From contig CANQGD010000003.1 of assembly GCA_947601445.1 (NCBI GenBank), positions 4,050 through 68,049 on the forward strand: a stretch of DNA of 64,000 bases, in the 5' to 3' direction. Positions within the stretch are counted from its first letter, which is position 1; the number at the start of each line of letters is the position of its first letter. Both the position numbers and the translations under genes were made by a program. The notes under the pieces were generated by a model. The model was not told the DNA's origin and ran no database searches. It worked only from the letters and a program-made list of their open reading frames with translations. Source of the DNA: an uncultured Clostridia bacterium (GTDB taxonomy: Bacteria; Bacillota; Clostridia; Christensenellales; CAG-314). Shown here in pieces: positions 47,995 to 57,166 of this stretch.

Positions 47995-48232
47995 CTGCGG
48001 AAGTCAATTTGCACAGAGAACGCGCTCCAAGGCTGCAAGGCGCGTCTTATTGCTCCGAAAGCTATCGCTTCGCAAGTAGATTTGCCGAACAAACACAGTA
48101 AGCAAATACGGCGGCGCTCCGTTATCACGGCGCACGGTATAATCTGCAAATATGTAGATATGTGCAGACGTACTTGTTTGAAAATGGTTATGCACAGTCG
48201 GTATGTGTTTTTTCAAACGCATGCCGATTTTT
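47995..48232 (+). promoter_or_regulatory. T-box-like leader (Ile specifier) with intrinsic terminator
   Basis: Elements occur in canonical order. AGAGA is at 48015. A distal hairpin acgcgc/gcgcgt spans 48020..48045. GAAAGCUAUCG carries AUC at 48064..48066. AGUA is at 48075 and the F-box CCGUUA at 48119. A stem III hairpin spans 48144..48167. UGGU is at 48185. A 9-bp terminator spans 48199..48226, followed by AUUUUU. The canonical GGUGGUACCGCG box is degenerate. Confidence 0.5.
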
Positions 48233-48429
48233 GATTGCAATTGATGGCGCGGCGGCAACGCCTCGTTCTTTGCCGAGCGTCATTTTGTTGCGGAGCAATC
48301 GTACGGTGTTCGTGATTTACTCCTCAACACATTCGTATACAAGTAAATCGCAACAGTGTCGGAAATTTTTCGTTTACGGTATATTTCACGCACGTTTAAG
48401 AAAAACAAACTTTTACAAGGAGCAAATAT

Positions 48430-51400
48430 ATGTCCAAATACACAAAGGTTGACAGTTCGCTGAACTTCGTCGCCAGAGAAAAACAAATTCTCGAATTTTG
48501 GAAAGAAAACAAGATATTCGAGCAGACTGCCGCCAAAGGAGAAGGCAGTTTCACCTTTTACGACGGTCCCCCGACAGCCAACGGCAAACCGCATATCGGA
48601 CATGTTCTCACCCGTTCGATCAAGGACCTTATTCCGCGTTATCAGGTAATGAAGGGGAAAAACGTTCTTCGCAAAGCCGGATGGGATACTCACGGATTGC
48701 CAGTCGAATTGGAAGTGGAAAAACAGCTGGGTATAGACGGAAAAAAGCAAATAGAAGAATACGGCATCGAGCCTTTTGTGCAAAAGTGCAAGGAGTCGGT
48801 GTGGAAATATAAGGGCGAGTGGGAAGCGCTTTCCGAACGCGTGGCGTATTGGGCGGATATGGAGCATCCCTATGTTACTTACGACAACAATTACATCGAA
48901 TCGGAGTGGTGGGCGTTGAAAACCATATACGACAAGGGATTGTTGTACAAGGGATTTAAAATTGTTCCTTACTGTCCCCGTTGCGGCACGGCGCTTTCTT
49001 CTCATGAAGTGGCGCAGGGCTACAAGGATGTAAAAGAAAAGTCCGCCGTGGCGCGTTTCAAGTTGACGGATAAACAAAACACTTATTTCCTTGCCTGGAC
49101 AACGACGCCCTGGACATTGCCCAGCAACGTCGCGCTGTGCATGAATGCCGAATTCGATTACGCCACCATCGAGTGCGAGGGCGTAAGATATATACTTGCT
49201 AAGGAACTTGTATCCAAACATTTCGAAGAGGGTACCTATACCGTTGTGGAGGTAAAAAAGGGCAGCGAATACGAGCATGTACATTACGAACCGTTGTTCA
49301 CGTATGCCGAAACATCCGATCATGATTGCTATTACGTTACCAATGACGATTACGTCACATTGACGGAAGGTACGGGTATTGTGCATATAGCGCCCGCTTT
49401 CGGCGAAGATGACGCCAATGTGGGGCGCCGTTACAATTTGCCGTTAGTGCAGCTGGTTGGAGAGGACGGCAAATTCAAAGAAAATTGCGGTGCTCTTTCG
49501 GGCGTGTTTTGCAAGGACGCCGACAAATTGATTCTCCAAGATCTCAAAGCAAGAGGACTGCTCCATGCCGAGTTGATGTTCGAACACAGCTATCCTTACT
49601 GTTGGCGTTGCGATACTCCTTTGATTTACTATGCGCGTAAATCCTGGTTTGTCAAGACAACGGCAATAAAGCAGGATTTGTTGCGCGTAAATTCCACAAT
49701 AAATTGGATACCTCCTACGATCGGTTCGGGGCGTATGGGAAATTTCCTCGAAAACGTAATCGATTGGGGTATTTCCCGCGACCGTTATTGGGGCACGCCT
49801 TTGCCGGTGTGGATTTGCAACAAATGCGGAAAAGTTCATGTAATAGGCAGTCGTAAGGAACTTGCGGAAAAATGCGGTTGCGGCGAGGATATAGAATTGC
49901 ACCGTCCTTTTATAGACGGTTGTACCTGGAAATGCGATTGCGGCGGAGATTTCGTTCGCACGCCCGAAGTGATAGACTGTTGGTTTGACAGCGGAAGTAT
50001 GCCTTATGCGCAATTTCACTATCCTTTCGAAAACAAAGATTTGTTCGAACGTAACTTCCCCGCAGATTTTATCAGTGAGGCGGTGGACCAAACCAGAGGA
50101 TGGTTTTATGTATTGCTTGCGGTATCCACGTTGCTGTTTGGCAAGGCGCCCTTCAAAAATTGTATCGTATTGGGTCTTGTGGGAGATGAACACGGCGTAA
50201 AAATGTCCAAACACAAAGGAAATGTGGTAGACCCGTGGGATAGTTTCAACAAACAGGGCGCAGACGCGGTACGTTGGTATTTTTATACGGCGTCCTCTCC
50301 GTGGCTGCCAAGCCGTTATTATGACGAAGCGGTCAGTGAAACACAACGCAAATTTCTCGGTACTCTTTGGAATACCTACGCTTTTTATGTGTTGTACGCC
50401 GACATAGACAATTTCGATCCGTCCGCTTACGAGTTGGACAAATGCAAGTTGACGCTTATGGACAAATGGATATTGTCCGAGGTCAACCAATTGGTTCAGA
50501 CTGTGGACAGCGGTCTATCCAGATACGAAATAACCGAATCCGCACGCGCAATAGAACGTTTTACGGATATGCTTTCCAATTGGTATGTTCGTCGTTCGCG
50601 CGAGAGATATTGGGGCAGCGAGTGGACGGCGGACAAGCAAGCCGCTTATATGACGTTGTATACGGTTTTGGATACTCTCGTAAAGGTTGCCGCGCCGTTC
50701 GTGCCGTTTATTACCGAAAGCATTTATCGGAATATCACTGCAAACTGTTTCGAAAACGCGCCCGTCAGCATACATTTGTGCGACTTTCCGGTGGCGGATG
50801 AAAAACGTATCAACAAACAGCTCAATAAGACAATGGAAAAGGTTTTGGATTTGGTCGTGTTGGGAAGAAGCGCGCGCAACGCCGCGAATGTCAAAAACCG
50901 TCAACCTTTGTCCAAAATGTACGTAGCAACGCAGGGAACTCTGGACGGAGAAATGACGGAAATAATAAAGAACGAACTAAACGTCAAGGAAATTGTTCCC
51001 GTAACGTCCGCCGACGGTTTTGCCGATTACGAAATCAAACCGCAACTGAAAACGCTCGGACCCAAATACGGTAAATTGTTGGGTAAAATCCGAGAAGTAT
51101 TGTCCAATCTCGGAGAAAAGGCAAAACAGGTAGTGGAAAACGTGCGCGGCGGCGGCAAGCATACTTTTGATCTGGACGGAGACAAGGTGGAAGTTACCGA
51201 AAACGATCTTCTCATTTCTTCCAAAAACAAAGAGGGTTATTCCGTCGTGTCCGATAGAGGCGATACCGTGGCGTTGGACGTAAATCTTACTCCCGAATTG
51301 ATCGAAGAGGGTACCGTGCGAGAAATCGTATCGAAAATTCAAACTATGCGCAAAGACTGCGATTTTGTCGTAACCGATCATATCAATGTGGGTTACGCGG

Positions 51401-51564
51401 CGGACGAATATCTTTCGGGTATTTTTGCTCGCAACGCTGCGGAGATAGCCGACGGTTGTCTTGCAGATAGCGTACTTCCCTCGGCAAGCGGCGATTTCTC
51501 CAAAGATTGGGACGTCAACGGAATGAAGTTTACGTTATATCTTTCAAAATCCGACAAAAATTGA
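48430..51564 (+). CDS. ileS: Isoleucine--tRNA ligase (type 2)
   Basis: HIGH motif PPTANGKPHIGH and KMSKS motif KMSKHKGN. Length 1044 aa. Confidence 0.95.
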   Translation: MSKYTKVDSSLNFVAREKQILEFWKENKIFEQTAAKGEGSFTFYDGPPTANGKPHIGHVLTRSIKDLIPRYQVMKGKNVLRKAGWDTHGLPVELEVEKQLGIDGKKQIEEYGIEPFVQKCKESVWKYKGEWEALSERVAYWADMEHPYVTYDNNYIESEWWALKTIYDKGLLYKGFKIVPYCPRCGTALSSHEVAQGYKDVKEKSAVARFKLTDKQNTYFLAWTTTPWTLPSNVALCMNAEFDYATIECEGVRYILAKELVSKHFEEGTYTVVEVKKGSEYEHVHYEPLFTYAETSDHDCYYVTNDDYVTLTEGTGIVHIAPAFGEDDANVGRRYNLPLVQLVGEDGKFKENCGALSGVFCKDADKLILQDLKARGLLHAELMFEHSYPYCWRCDTPLIYYARKSWFVKTTAIKQDLLRVNSTINWIPPTIGSGRMGNFLENVIDWGISRDRYWGTPLPVWICNKCGKVHVIGSRKELAEKCGCGEDIELHRPFIDGCTWKCDCGGDFVRTPEVIDCWFDSGSMPYAQFHYPFENKDLFERNFPADFISEAVDQTRGWFYVLLAVSTLLFGKAPFKNCIVLGLVGDEHGVKMSKHKGNVVDPWDSFNKQGADAVRWYFYTASSPWLPSRYYDEAVSETQRKFLGTLWNTYAFYVLYADIDNFDPSAYELDKCKLTLMDKWILSEVNQLVQTVDSGLSRYEITESARAIERFTDMLSNWYVRRSRERYWGSEWTADKQAAYMTLYTVLDTLVKVAAPFVPFITESIYRNITANCFENAPVSIHLCDFPVADEKRINKQLNKTMEKVLDLVVLGRSARNAANVKNRQPLSKMYVATQGTLDGEMTEIIKNELNVKEIVPVTSADGFADYEIKPQLKTLGPKYGKLLGKIREVLSNLGEKAKQVVENVRGGGKHTFDLDGDKVEVTENDLLISSKNKEGYSVVSDRGDTVALDVNLTPELIEEGTVREIVSKIQTMRKDCDFVVTDHINVGYAADEYLSGIFARNAAEIADGCLADSVLPSASGDFSKDWDVNGMKFTLYLSKSDKN

Positions 51565-51629
51565 CAACCGTTTTCTATAAGACGAACGGATTGTTGCGGA
51601 CAAATTTTTAAGCAAAACAGGAAAAAAAT

Positions 51630-52502
51630 ATGCATATCAATAACGAATGGAAAGATTATCGCATAATGGCTACGGGCGACGGAGAAAAGTTGGAACGGTG
51701 GAAAGACGTCGTGCTGCTTCGTCCCGATCCGCAGGTAATTTGGCATACGAAAAAACCTTTTTCGGAAGTCGCCGTACCCGATGCGCGCTACATTCGTTCT
51801 TCGAGCGGCGGCGGATATTGGGAATACGACAAGCCCTTGCCCGACAGTTGGGTGGTGGGTTGGCGAAACTTGCGTTTTCGCGTGCGCCCGATGAATTTCA
51901 AGCATACGGGACTGTTCCCCGAACAAGCGGCAAATTGGGCTACGGTAATAGATTTGATTCAAGCTGCGGAGCGTCCTATAAACGTACTCAATCTTTTTGC
52001 TTATACCGGCGGAGCCACTGTGGCGTGTCTTTCTGCCGGGGCAAGCGTATGTCACGTGGACGCGGCAAAAAATATGGTGGAAATGGCAAAAGAGAACGTG
52101 GCGCTTTCCTCCCTTGCGGACAAACCCGTCCGCTACATTGTTGACGACTGCCGCAAATTTGTCAAGAGAGAAATACGCCGCGGCAATCGTTATGACGCAA
52201 TCATTTTGGACCCGCCGAGTTTCGGAAGAGGCGCGAGCGGAGAAGAATGGAAGTTGGAGAGAGACATATTCGATTTCCTCGTTTTGTGCGGCGAAGTTCT
52301 TTCCGACAATCCGCTTTTTGTATTGCTCAACAGCTATACAACGGGGCTTCAACCCGCCGTGCTTTCCAACTTGTTAAAGCTTACTTTCCCGGCAAGCGGC
52401 AGCGTAACGGCTTATGAAGTCTGTTTGCCTACCGATGAGGGAACCGTATTACCCTGCGGAGCAAGCGGTTTGTGGACGAATAAAGGAGTAAAATATGAGT
52501 AA
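51630..52502 (+). CDS. Class I SAM-dependent methyltransferase (RlmI/RlmK-like catalytic domain, no PUA)
   Basis: Motifs LNLFAYTGGATVA and IILDPPSFG. Confidence 0.7.
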   Translation: MHINNEWKDYRIMATGDGEKLERWKDVVLLRPDPQVIWHTKKPFSEVAVPDARYIRSSSGGGYWEYDKPLPDSWVVGWRNLRFRVRPMNFKHTGLFPEQAANWATVIDLIQAAERPINVLNLFAYTGGATVACLSAGASVCHVDAAKNMVEMAKENVALSSLADKPVRYIVDDCRKFVKREIRRGNRYDAIILDPPSFGRGASGEEWKLERDIFDFLVLCGEVLSDNPLFVLLNSYTTGLQPAVLSNLLKLTFPASGSVTAYEVCLPTDEGTVLPCGASGLWTNKGVKYE

Positions 52503-53280
52503 AAGTTTCACTATGGATGACGTGGCAATACTGCACGAGGACAACAGTATATTGGTGGTGGTAAAACCGCAAAATATTCCGTCGCAGGCAGACAAAAGCG
52601 GAGACGCTGATTTGTTGACATTGCTCAAACAGTACATAAAGGAAAAATACAACAAGCCGGGCAACGTATATCTCGGATTGGTTCATCGATTGGACCGTCC
52701 CACGGGCGGGGTGATGGTTTTTGCCAAAAACAGTAAGGCAGCCGAGCGTCTTTCGCGTCAGATAGTCGACGGTGACATGACCAAACAGTACCTTGCCGCA
52801 GTGGTGGGTACTCCGCGTGAAAAAAAGGGAACTCTTGTCAATTATCTTAAAAAGAATGCGCTCACCAACAACGTGTATGTTGCCACTTTCGGCGATCACG
52901 GCGCCAAACGAGCGGAATTGAGTTACAATGTTTTGGAAACGCAGGATGGGATCAGTCTTGTAAAGGTACAGTTGGGTACGGGGCGCAGTCATCAGATACG
53001 CGTTCAATTTTCCGCCATAAACTGTCCCGTATTCGGCGATATGCGTTACGGCGGAAATATCACAAAGGGCTGCAATCTGGCACTGTGGGCATACCGTCTG
53101 GAATTTGATCACCCGGTAACAAAAGAACACATGGTATTCGTCTCATATCCTCCCGAAGCGGAGCCGTGGCGACGTTTCGACATAGGTAATTTTGTAGAAC
53201 AATTTTCTGACAGTGAGGACGGCGAGGAGGACGGGGTGCCCCTCTACGTAAAAACAACCTCTTCCGACAGTCTCGATTGA
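52495..53280 (+). CDS. RluA-family pseudouridine synthase
   Basis: Catalytic motif HRLDRPTGGVMVFAKN and GRSHQIRVQF. It overlaps the upstream gene by 8 nt. Confidence 0.85.
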   Translation: MSKSFTMDDVAILHEDNSILVVVKPQNIPSQADKSGDADLLTLLKQYIKEKYNKPGNVYLGLVHRLDRPTGGVMVFAKNSKAAERLSRQIVDGDMTKQYLAAVVGTPREKKGTLVNYLKKNALTNNVYVATFGDHGAKRAELSYNVLETQDGISLVKVQLGTGRSHQIRVQFSAINCPVFGDMRYGGNITKGCNLALWAYRLEFDHPVTKEHMVFVSYPPEAEPWRRFDIGNFVEQFSDSEDGEEDGVPLYVKTTSSDSLD

Positions 53281-53531
53281 CGTTTGCGGACGGTCTGCTA
53301 TGGGCAGACTCGTCCGTTTTGTTCGCATTCGGTATAGCTTTCGGTTTTGCGTCGGTTTGCAACGCAGTTTACAGCAATGACTACTTGCAAACGATTCGGT
53401 TTTTCGGCGTGGACGCGGTTACTTTTCTGACGGTAGCGGCAAGTTCCTTTGCGTTGCCGTCGATTGCGGCGCTGATACCGTTAAGGCGAATTTCGAAAAT
53501 AAGCCCGATTGACGCAATTAGGCATATTTGA
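53277..53531 (+). pseudogene. Probable 3' remnant of an FtsX/MacB-type ABC permease gene
   Basis: An 84-aa ORF with a non-ATG start. Its C-terminus IAALIPLRRISKISPIDAIRHI matches the conserved FtsX-family C-terminal motif. There is no ATPase partner and no N-terminal portion. Confidence 0.4.
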
Positions 53532-53577
53532 ATTTGTTTGTTCGGTATTTGCGAACGGTTGTCGCGTTTTTATACGG

Positions 53578-54090
53578 TCAAAACAGCTTGGTGACGGCAA
53601 GGGTCAACAATATCGCGGCGGAAAAAAGATTTGTGCGAGATAAATTTACTTTTTTCGCAATTATTTGTCCGAGCGCGACGGTAAAGTAATGCGTCACGGC
53701 AAAAACAATCGGAGTTATCAATTCCACTCCCTCTCCCGCAAAGGAAAAGTTGGCAATTGCGGCGTCCATACCAACGGCAACGCCTATTGTAAGACTTTCG
53801 CCGATGCCGACTGATTTCAGATTGTCGCTCTGTGCGGAATCTTTACGAAACAGCGCGGCTGCGGCAAGTAACGTCAACAAAGCCGCGCCGAGATAATTTA
53901 CGAACATTTCGGACAGCCGCGACAACAGACTTCCCAAACAGGAGGTTGCAATGCAAAGCAGCAGCGTGACAAGAGCAACGGCAGAGGGTAATGTCGGGGT
54001 TTGCCGCTTGTTGAGCGACAACGAAAATCCTGCCATAAAACTGTCCAATGACACAACTATTGCGGTAATCGCAACCGTAACGATCATCAA
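53578..54090 (-). CDS. MntP/YtaF-family (DUF204) membrane protein
   Basis: A 170-aa protein with the N-terminal motif VSLDSFMAGFS and a second half-repeat VGMDAAIANFSF. Confidence 0.65.
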   Translation of the reverse strand: MMIVTVAITAIVVSLDSFMAGFSLSLNKRQTPTLPSAVALVTLLLCIATSCLGSLLSRLSEMFVNYLGAALLTLLAAAALFRKDSAQSDNLKSVGIGESLTIGVAVGMDAAIANFSFAGEGVELITPIVFAVTHYFTVALGQIIAKKVNLSRTNLFSAAILLTLAVTKLF

Positions 54091-54185
54091 CGCCGTATCT
54101 CCTTTTGTTCTCGGGTAAAGGGAATTTTTTCGTATCTTCCCGTTTCATTGTATGTAATGCTGAAAAATAATGTTTGGATTCGGTT

Positions 54186-54243
54186 TTGGCATTAATAATG
54201 TATTTTATATTTATTTGGCACTAATAATGTATTTTATATTTAC
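54186..54243 (+). repeat. 2 x 29-bp tandem direct repeat immediately upstream of a promoter
   Basis: ttggcattaataatgtattttatatttat / ttggcactaataatgtattttatatttac, with 2 mismatches. Confidence 0.8.
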
Positions 54244-54249
54244 AAGTAG

Positions 54250-54278
54250 TTGACAATCCGAATAAATAAATGTAAAAT
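54250..54278 (+). promoter_or_regulatory. Sigma-A-type promoter of the surface-protein gene
   Basis: TTGACA, 17 nt, TAAAAT. Confidence 0.6.
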
Positions 54279-54354
54279 ATCCCTATATGCGGTGGAAGAC
54301 GCACGTTTTTTGTCGCGCACGAAAAGTTGGGCGCAAAAGCCCTTCGGAGGAACA

Positions 54355-55974
54355 ATGAAGAAATTTTTGAGTATTTTAATCGCATTGGCATTGCTTGTAG
54401 GCATTTTTGCCATGACAACGATTGCAATGGCAGACACTGCCACTCCGTCAACAGGAGACGGCGAAGGAGAACCCGCTCCCGAAACGGAACGCTCCGTTAA
54501 GTTCAACATGACAAAGTTTAAAGAATACGTAGATACTCCCGATTTGGAATACTACATCGAAAAGAACCGCAGTTTCATGTTTGAAAACAAATGGTGGGAA
54601 GACGCCGATAAAGTTCATGAAATTTTTGAAGGGATCAACTACAACGTTTTGCCGAAAGTAGATACGGAAGGCAAGACGGAAGAAGAAAAACATACCGTGA
54701 GCTATACTTTGGGTGAAAAGGCGGCTGACGGCGAATCGGATAAACCCGCATATAATGAGGCAAAGTATTGGGAAACCGAGAACATCACATTGCCGGCAGC
54801 TCCCACCGCGATTACCACAACGGAAACGGTCGAATCCGAAGAAAAAGAAGTTCCCACAGCGTATTTTAACGGTTGGAAAATAGTGTACGCCGACGAGGGG
54901 TTGGAAACTCCCGTTGCGCAGTGGAGAAAAGAAGCTCTCTACAAGGCGGGCGACAAAATCTCCATGCCCGATTGCGATATAGAAATAGTCGCTCAATGGG
55001 TGGACACAGAGGACGAAGTGACGGAAAAAGTCGCCGACGACAAAATTTACGTTTTGTATGTAAGCGCCAGCGAGGCAAGTACAGAGGACATGAAAGATTG
55101 GAGCCGTTGTTTGGTAACAAGCACATTCAGCCTTACGAGCGACGGTGAGTGGAACTTCCGTTTTGCGGTTTTGGATGGTGCAAAAGCTGCGGAATCCGGT
55201 TATACGTTTGACTATGACGATGTGCTTGCGACTACTTTTGATGCCGCGCAGGAAATTATCGACGCCGCAAACAGCGAAAACAAGGTTGTAGACGACAAAC
55301 AAGTGGAAGCGGCAGATTGCACAATGACGTATCAGACCAAGGATGACACGCCGCCTCAAATAGAACTGTCCACAACGCAGAGCAACAAGGTAAACGACGG
55401 TTTGACGGTAGGTACCACATATACGGTTTCCACTTCCTTGGATATTACCGACGCTTCGAGCACAACCGTTACCTACGTTGTTTACAAAAAGGTAGGCACA
55501 GGTGTCGAAGGCGCAGACAGCAATGGCTGGTTGCAAATTTATGACAGCGTATCCCGCGAAGTCGCAGAGGGTTATGAAGAGAACATCTCCACAAGCGGCG
55601 TTATCACTCCCCTTGCCGAGGATGTTACGGATGACGACGTTTACAGAATCGTCTACACGGTAGTGGACAGCTATGGCAATCACGGCGTGAAAAAGGTTGG
55701 TAGCGACGAAACGGCTTCCACCGAGGAATATCATCCCGTTATGCTGCTGAAAGTAAAAGCCGAACCGGTTGCCGCTTCGAAGAGTCCCATCGAGGTTTGG
55801 AAGATAGTGCTGTATGTGATCGCCGGACTTTCCGCTTTGGGAATTATTGTGTTGCTGTTTATCAAACCCAAGCAAGCAACCAACGACGCGCGCTACAATT
55901 CCACCAATACCGAAACGTCGTCTCAATCGGAAAATTCATCCGAAGATGCTTCCGAAGAGGACAAAACAGAATAA
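54355..55974 (+). CDS. Secreted protein with a C-terminal TM anchor and acidic Ser-rich tail, unknown function
   Basis: The in-frame ATG is preceded by GGAGG. Signal peptide MKKFLSILIALALLVGIFAMTTIAMA and C-terminal TM IVLYVIAGLSALGIIVLLFI. Confidence 0.7.
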   Translation: MKKFLSILIALALLVGIFAMTTIAMADTATPSTGDGEGEPAPETERSVKFNMTKFKEYVDTPDLEYYIEKNRSFMFENKWWEDADKVHEIFEGINYNVLPKVDTEGKTEEEKHTVSYTLGEKAADGESDKPAYNEAKYWETENITLPAAPTAITTTETVESEEKEVPTAYFNGWKIVYADEGLETPVAQWRKEALYKAGDKISMPDCDIEIVAQWVDTEDEVTEKVADDKIYVLYVSASEASTEDMKDWSRCLVTSTFSLTSDGEWNFRFAVLDGAKAAESGYTFDYDDVLATTFDAAQEIIDAANSENKVVDDKQVEAADCTMTYQTKDDTPPQIELSTTQSNKVNDGLTVGTTYTVSTSLDITDASSTTVTYVVYKKVGTGVEGADSNGWLQIYDSVSREVAEGYEENISTSGVITPLAEDVTDDDVYRIVYTVVDSYGNHGVKKVGSDETASTEEYHPVMLLKVKAEPVAASKSPIEVWKIVLYVIAGLSALGIIVLLFIKPKQATNDARYNSTNTETSSQSENSSEDASEEDKTE

Positions 55975-55991
55975 CATCTATAATTGCAAAA

Positions 55992-56023
55992 GCGCCGAAC
56001 CCGAAAGGTTCGACGCTTTTTTG
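55992..56023 (+). terminator. Rho-independent terminator
   Basis: Stem gcgccgaacc / ggttcgacgc (1 mismatch) followed by T6. Confidence 0.7.
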
Positions 56024-56189
56024 ATGATGTTTTTAATGCTGTTTGTTTGACGACGCTATCCGTTGTTTCATCGTTGGAACGACGTTGAGCATAATTTGAC
56101 AATTATATCGTTGAGTTTTACAAATTATAAAATTAAGAGTTTTATACGGTTTTTCGTTGAATTTTACGATAAACAGCGGCTATGATTCT

Positions 56190-57164
56190 TTATCCGAACA
56201 GGATGAAATCCGCGTCTTTGTTTTGTTCTATTGTTCCGATACGACCGGACAGACCGACGGCGCGCGCGGGATTTATCGTCCAGATTTTTATCGCCTCGTT
56301 CAGCGGCAAATTGCACATTGTTACGGTATTTGCCAATCCTTGATATGCGTCCGACGTATCCATTGTTATACCGACCACTTTATCGATGCCTTTTGTTTTT
56401 ACCAACAATTTGGGTACGTCTCTTTTCAATCGTTTGCCGTCAAAAACGGCAGTGCAGTAACAACCGTTCATCAGTGCGCCGCCGACAAGTCCCGTATCGG
56501 CATTTGTCAATTGAGACATTCTGTTTCCCCAATCTGTAACGCCCTTTGCACCTGCCGCAAACGCCTTTTGCGCCGTTTCTCCGTCGGCATTGCTGCACCC
56601 AAGAAAAACCGTTACCTTGCTGTCCGAAACTTCGGATATAAACGCCAACGCGTCGGGCAGTTCCGGCGCTACCGTAACAAGTTTTATTTTATCCTTGGCG
56701 GCTTTTTGGTAGATGAGAAATTTGTTCATTGACGGCTTGCACAACAGTTCGCTCGGTATATCGCAGCAGTCGGCAGATACAAATGGACCGATCAGGTGTA
56801 TGCCTTTTATTTCCGGATAATCTTTTGCCAATTCGGCTATCAGCGACAGTTGATTGCACAGCCGTTCGTCGGAATCGGCTTTCAATGTGGGAAAGACCGT
56901 ACCTACGCCGTGCGAAACGTAAAATTCCATTATTTTTTTCATTCCGTTCATGTCCGCGGTATTGAATTCCAAACCGTTTGCACCGTAACTGCACAAATCT
57001 ACCAAAGCGGGCAGAATAAATCGGTTTGTGCAGTCCACAATTTCCGTTTGTTCGTCCGCAACGATGTCGGGAGCTATTTCGATGATTCTGCCGTGATTTG
57101 CAACAATATCCGTTTTTATCAGTCTGTCGCCGATTAGCGCGCGACCGTTTTTGTAAAGTATCAT
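56190..57164 (-). CDS. NagA-like amidohydrolase-fold protein with degenerate active site
   Basis: Collinear with GlcNAc-6-P deacetylase (GIHLIGPFVS, VTVAPELP, DTGLVGGAL). Residues expected to be catalytic or metal-binding are replaced: GHS to GCS, THLFNAM to TDWGNRM, DGxH to DGKR, and LEGPF to LIGPF. Confidence 0.6.
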   Translation of the reverse strand: MILYKNGRALIGDRLIKTDIVANHGRIIEIAPDIVADEQTEIVDCTNRFILPALVDLCSYGANGLEFNTADMNGMKKIMEFYVSHGVGTVFPTLKADSDERLCNQLSLIAELAKDYPEIKGIHLIGPFVSADCCDIPSELLCKPSMNKFLIYQKAAKDKIKLVTVAPELPDALAFISEVSDSKVTVFLGCSNADGETAQKAFAAGAKGVTDWGNRMSQLTNADTGLVGGALMNGCYCTAVFDGKRLKRDVPKLLVKTKGIDKVVGITMDTSDAYQGLANTVTMCNLPLNEAIKIWTINPARAVGLSGRIGTIEQNKDADFILFG

Positions 57165-57166
57165 TC

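Noticed and set aside
48233-48429. A second complete T-box or other riboswitch between the first terminator and the ileS ATG.
   Set aside because: I found only a vague resemblance (AAUUGAUGGCGCGGCGG) to the T-box consensus and a weak hairpin. That is not enough to call a feature.
48280-50490. Long minus-strand ORFs (368 aa and 348 aa) opposite ileS.
   Set aside because: They are antisense to an unambiguous IleRS gene carrying HIGH and KMSKS motifs, so they are shadow ORFs.
54091-54185. A yybP-ykoY Mn2+ riboswitch upstream of the MntP/YtaF-like gene.
   Set aside because: The minus-strand leader has no GGGAGUA-like loop and no terminator or antiterminator arrangement.
54448-55926. A 492-aa minus-strand ORF opposite the secreted-protein gene.
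   Set aside because: The plus-strand frame has an RBS, a signal peptide, a C-terminal TM, and a promoter and terminator. The antisense frame has none of these and looks like a shadow ORF.
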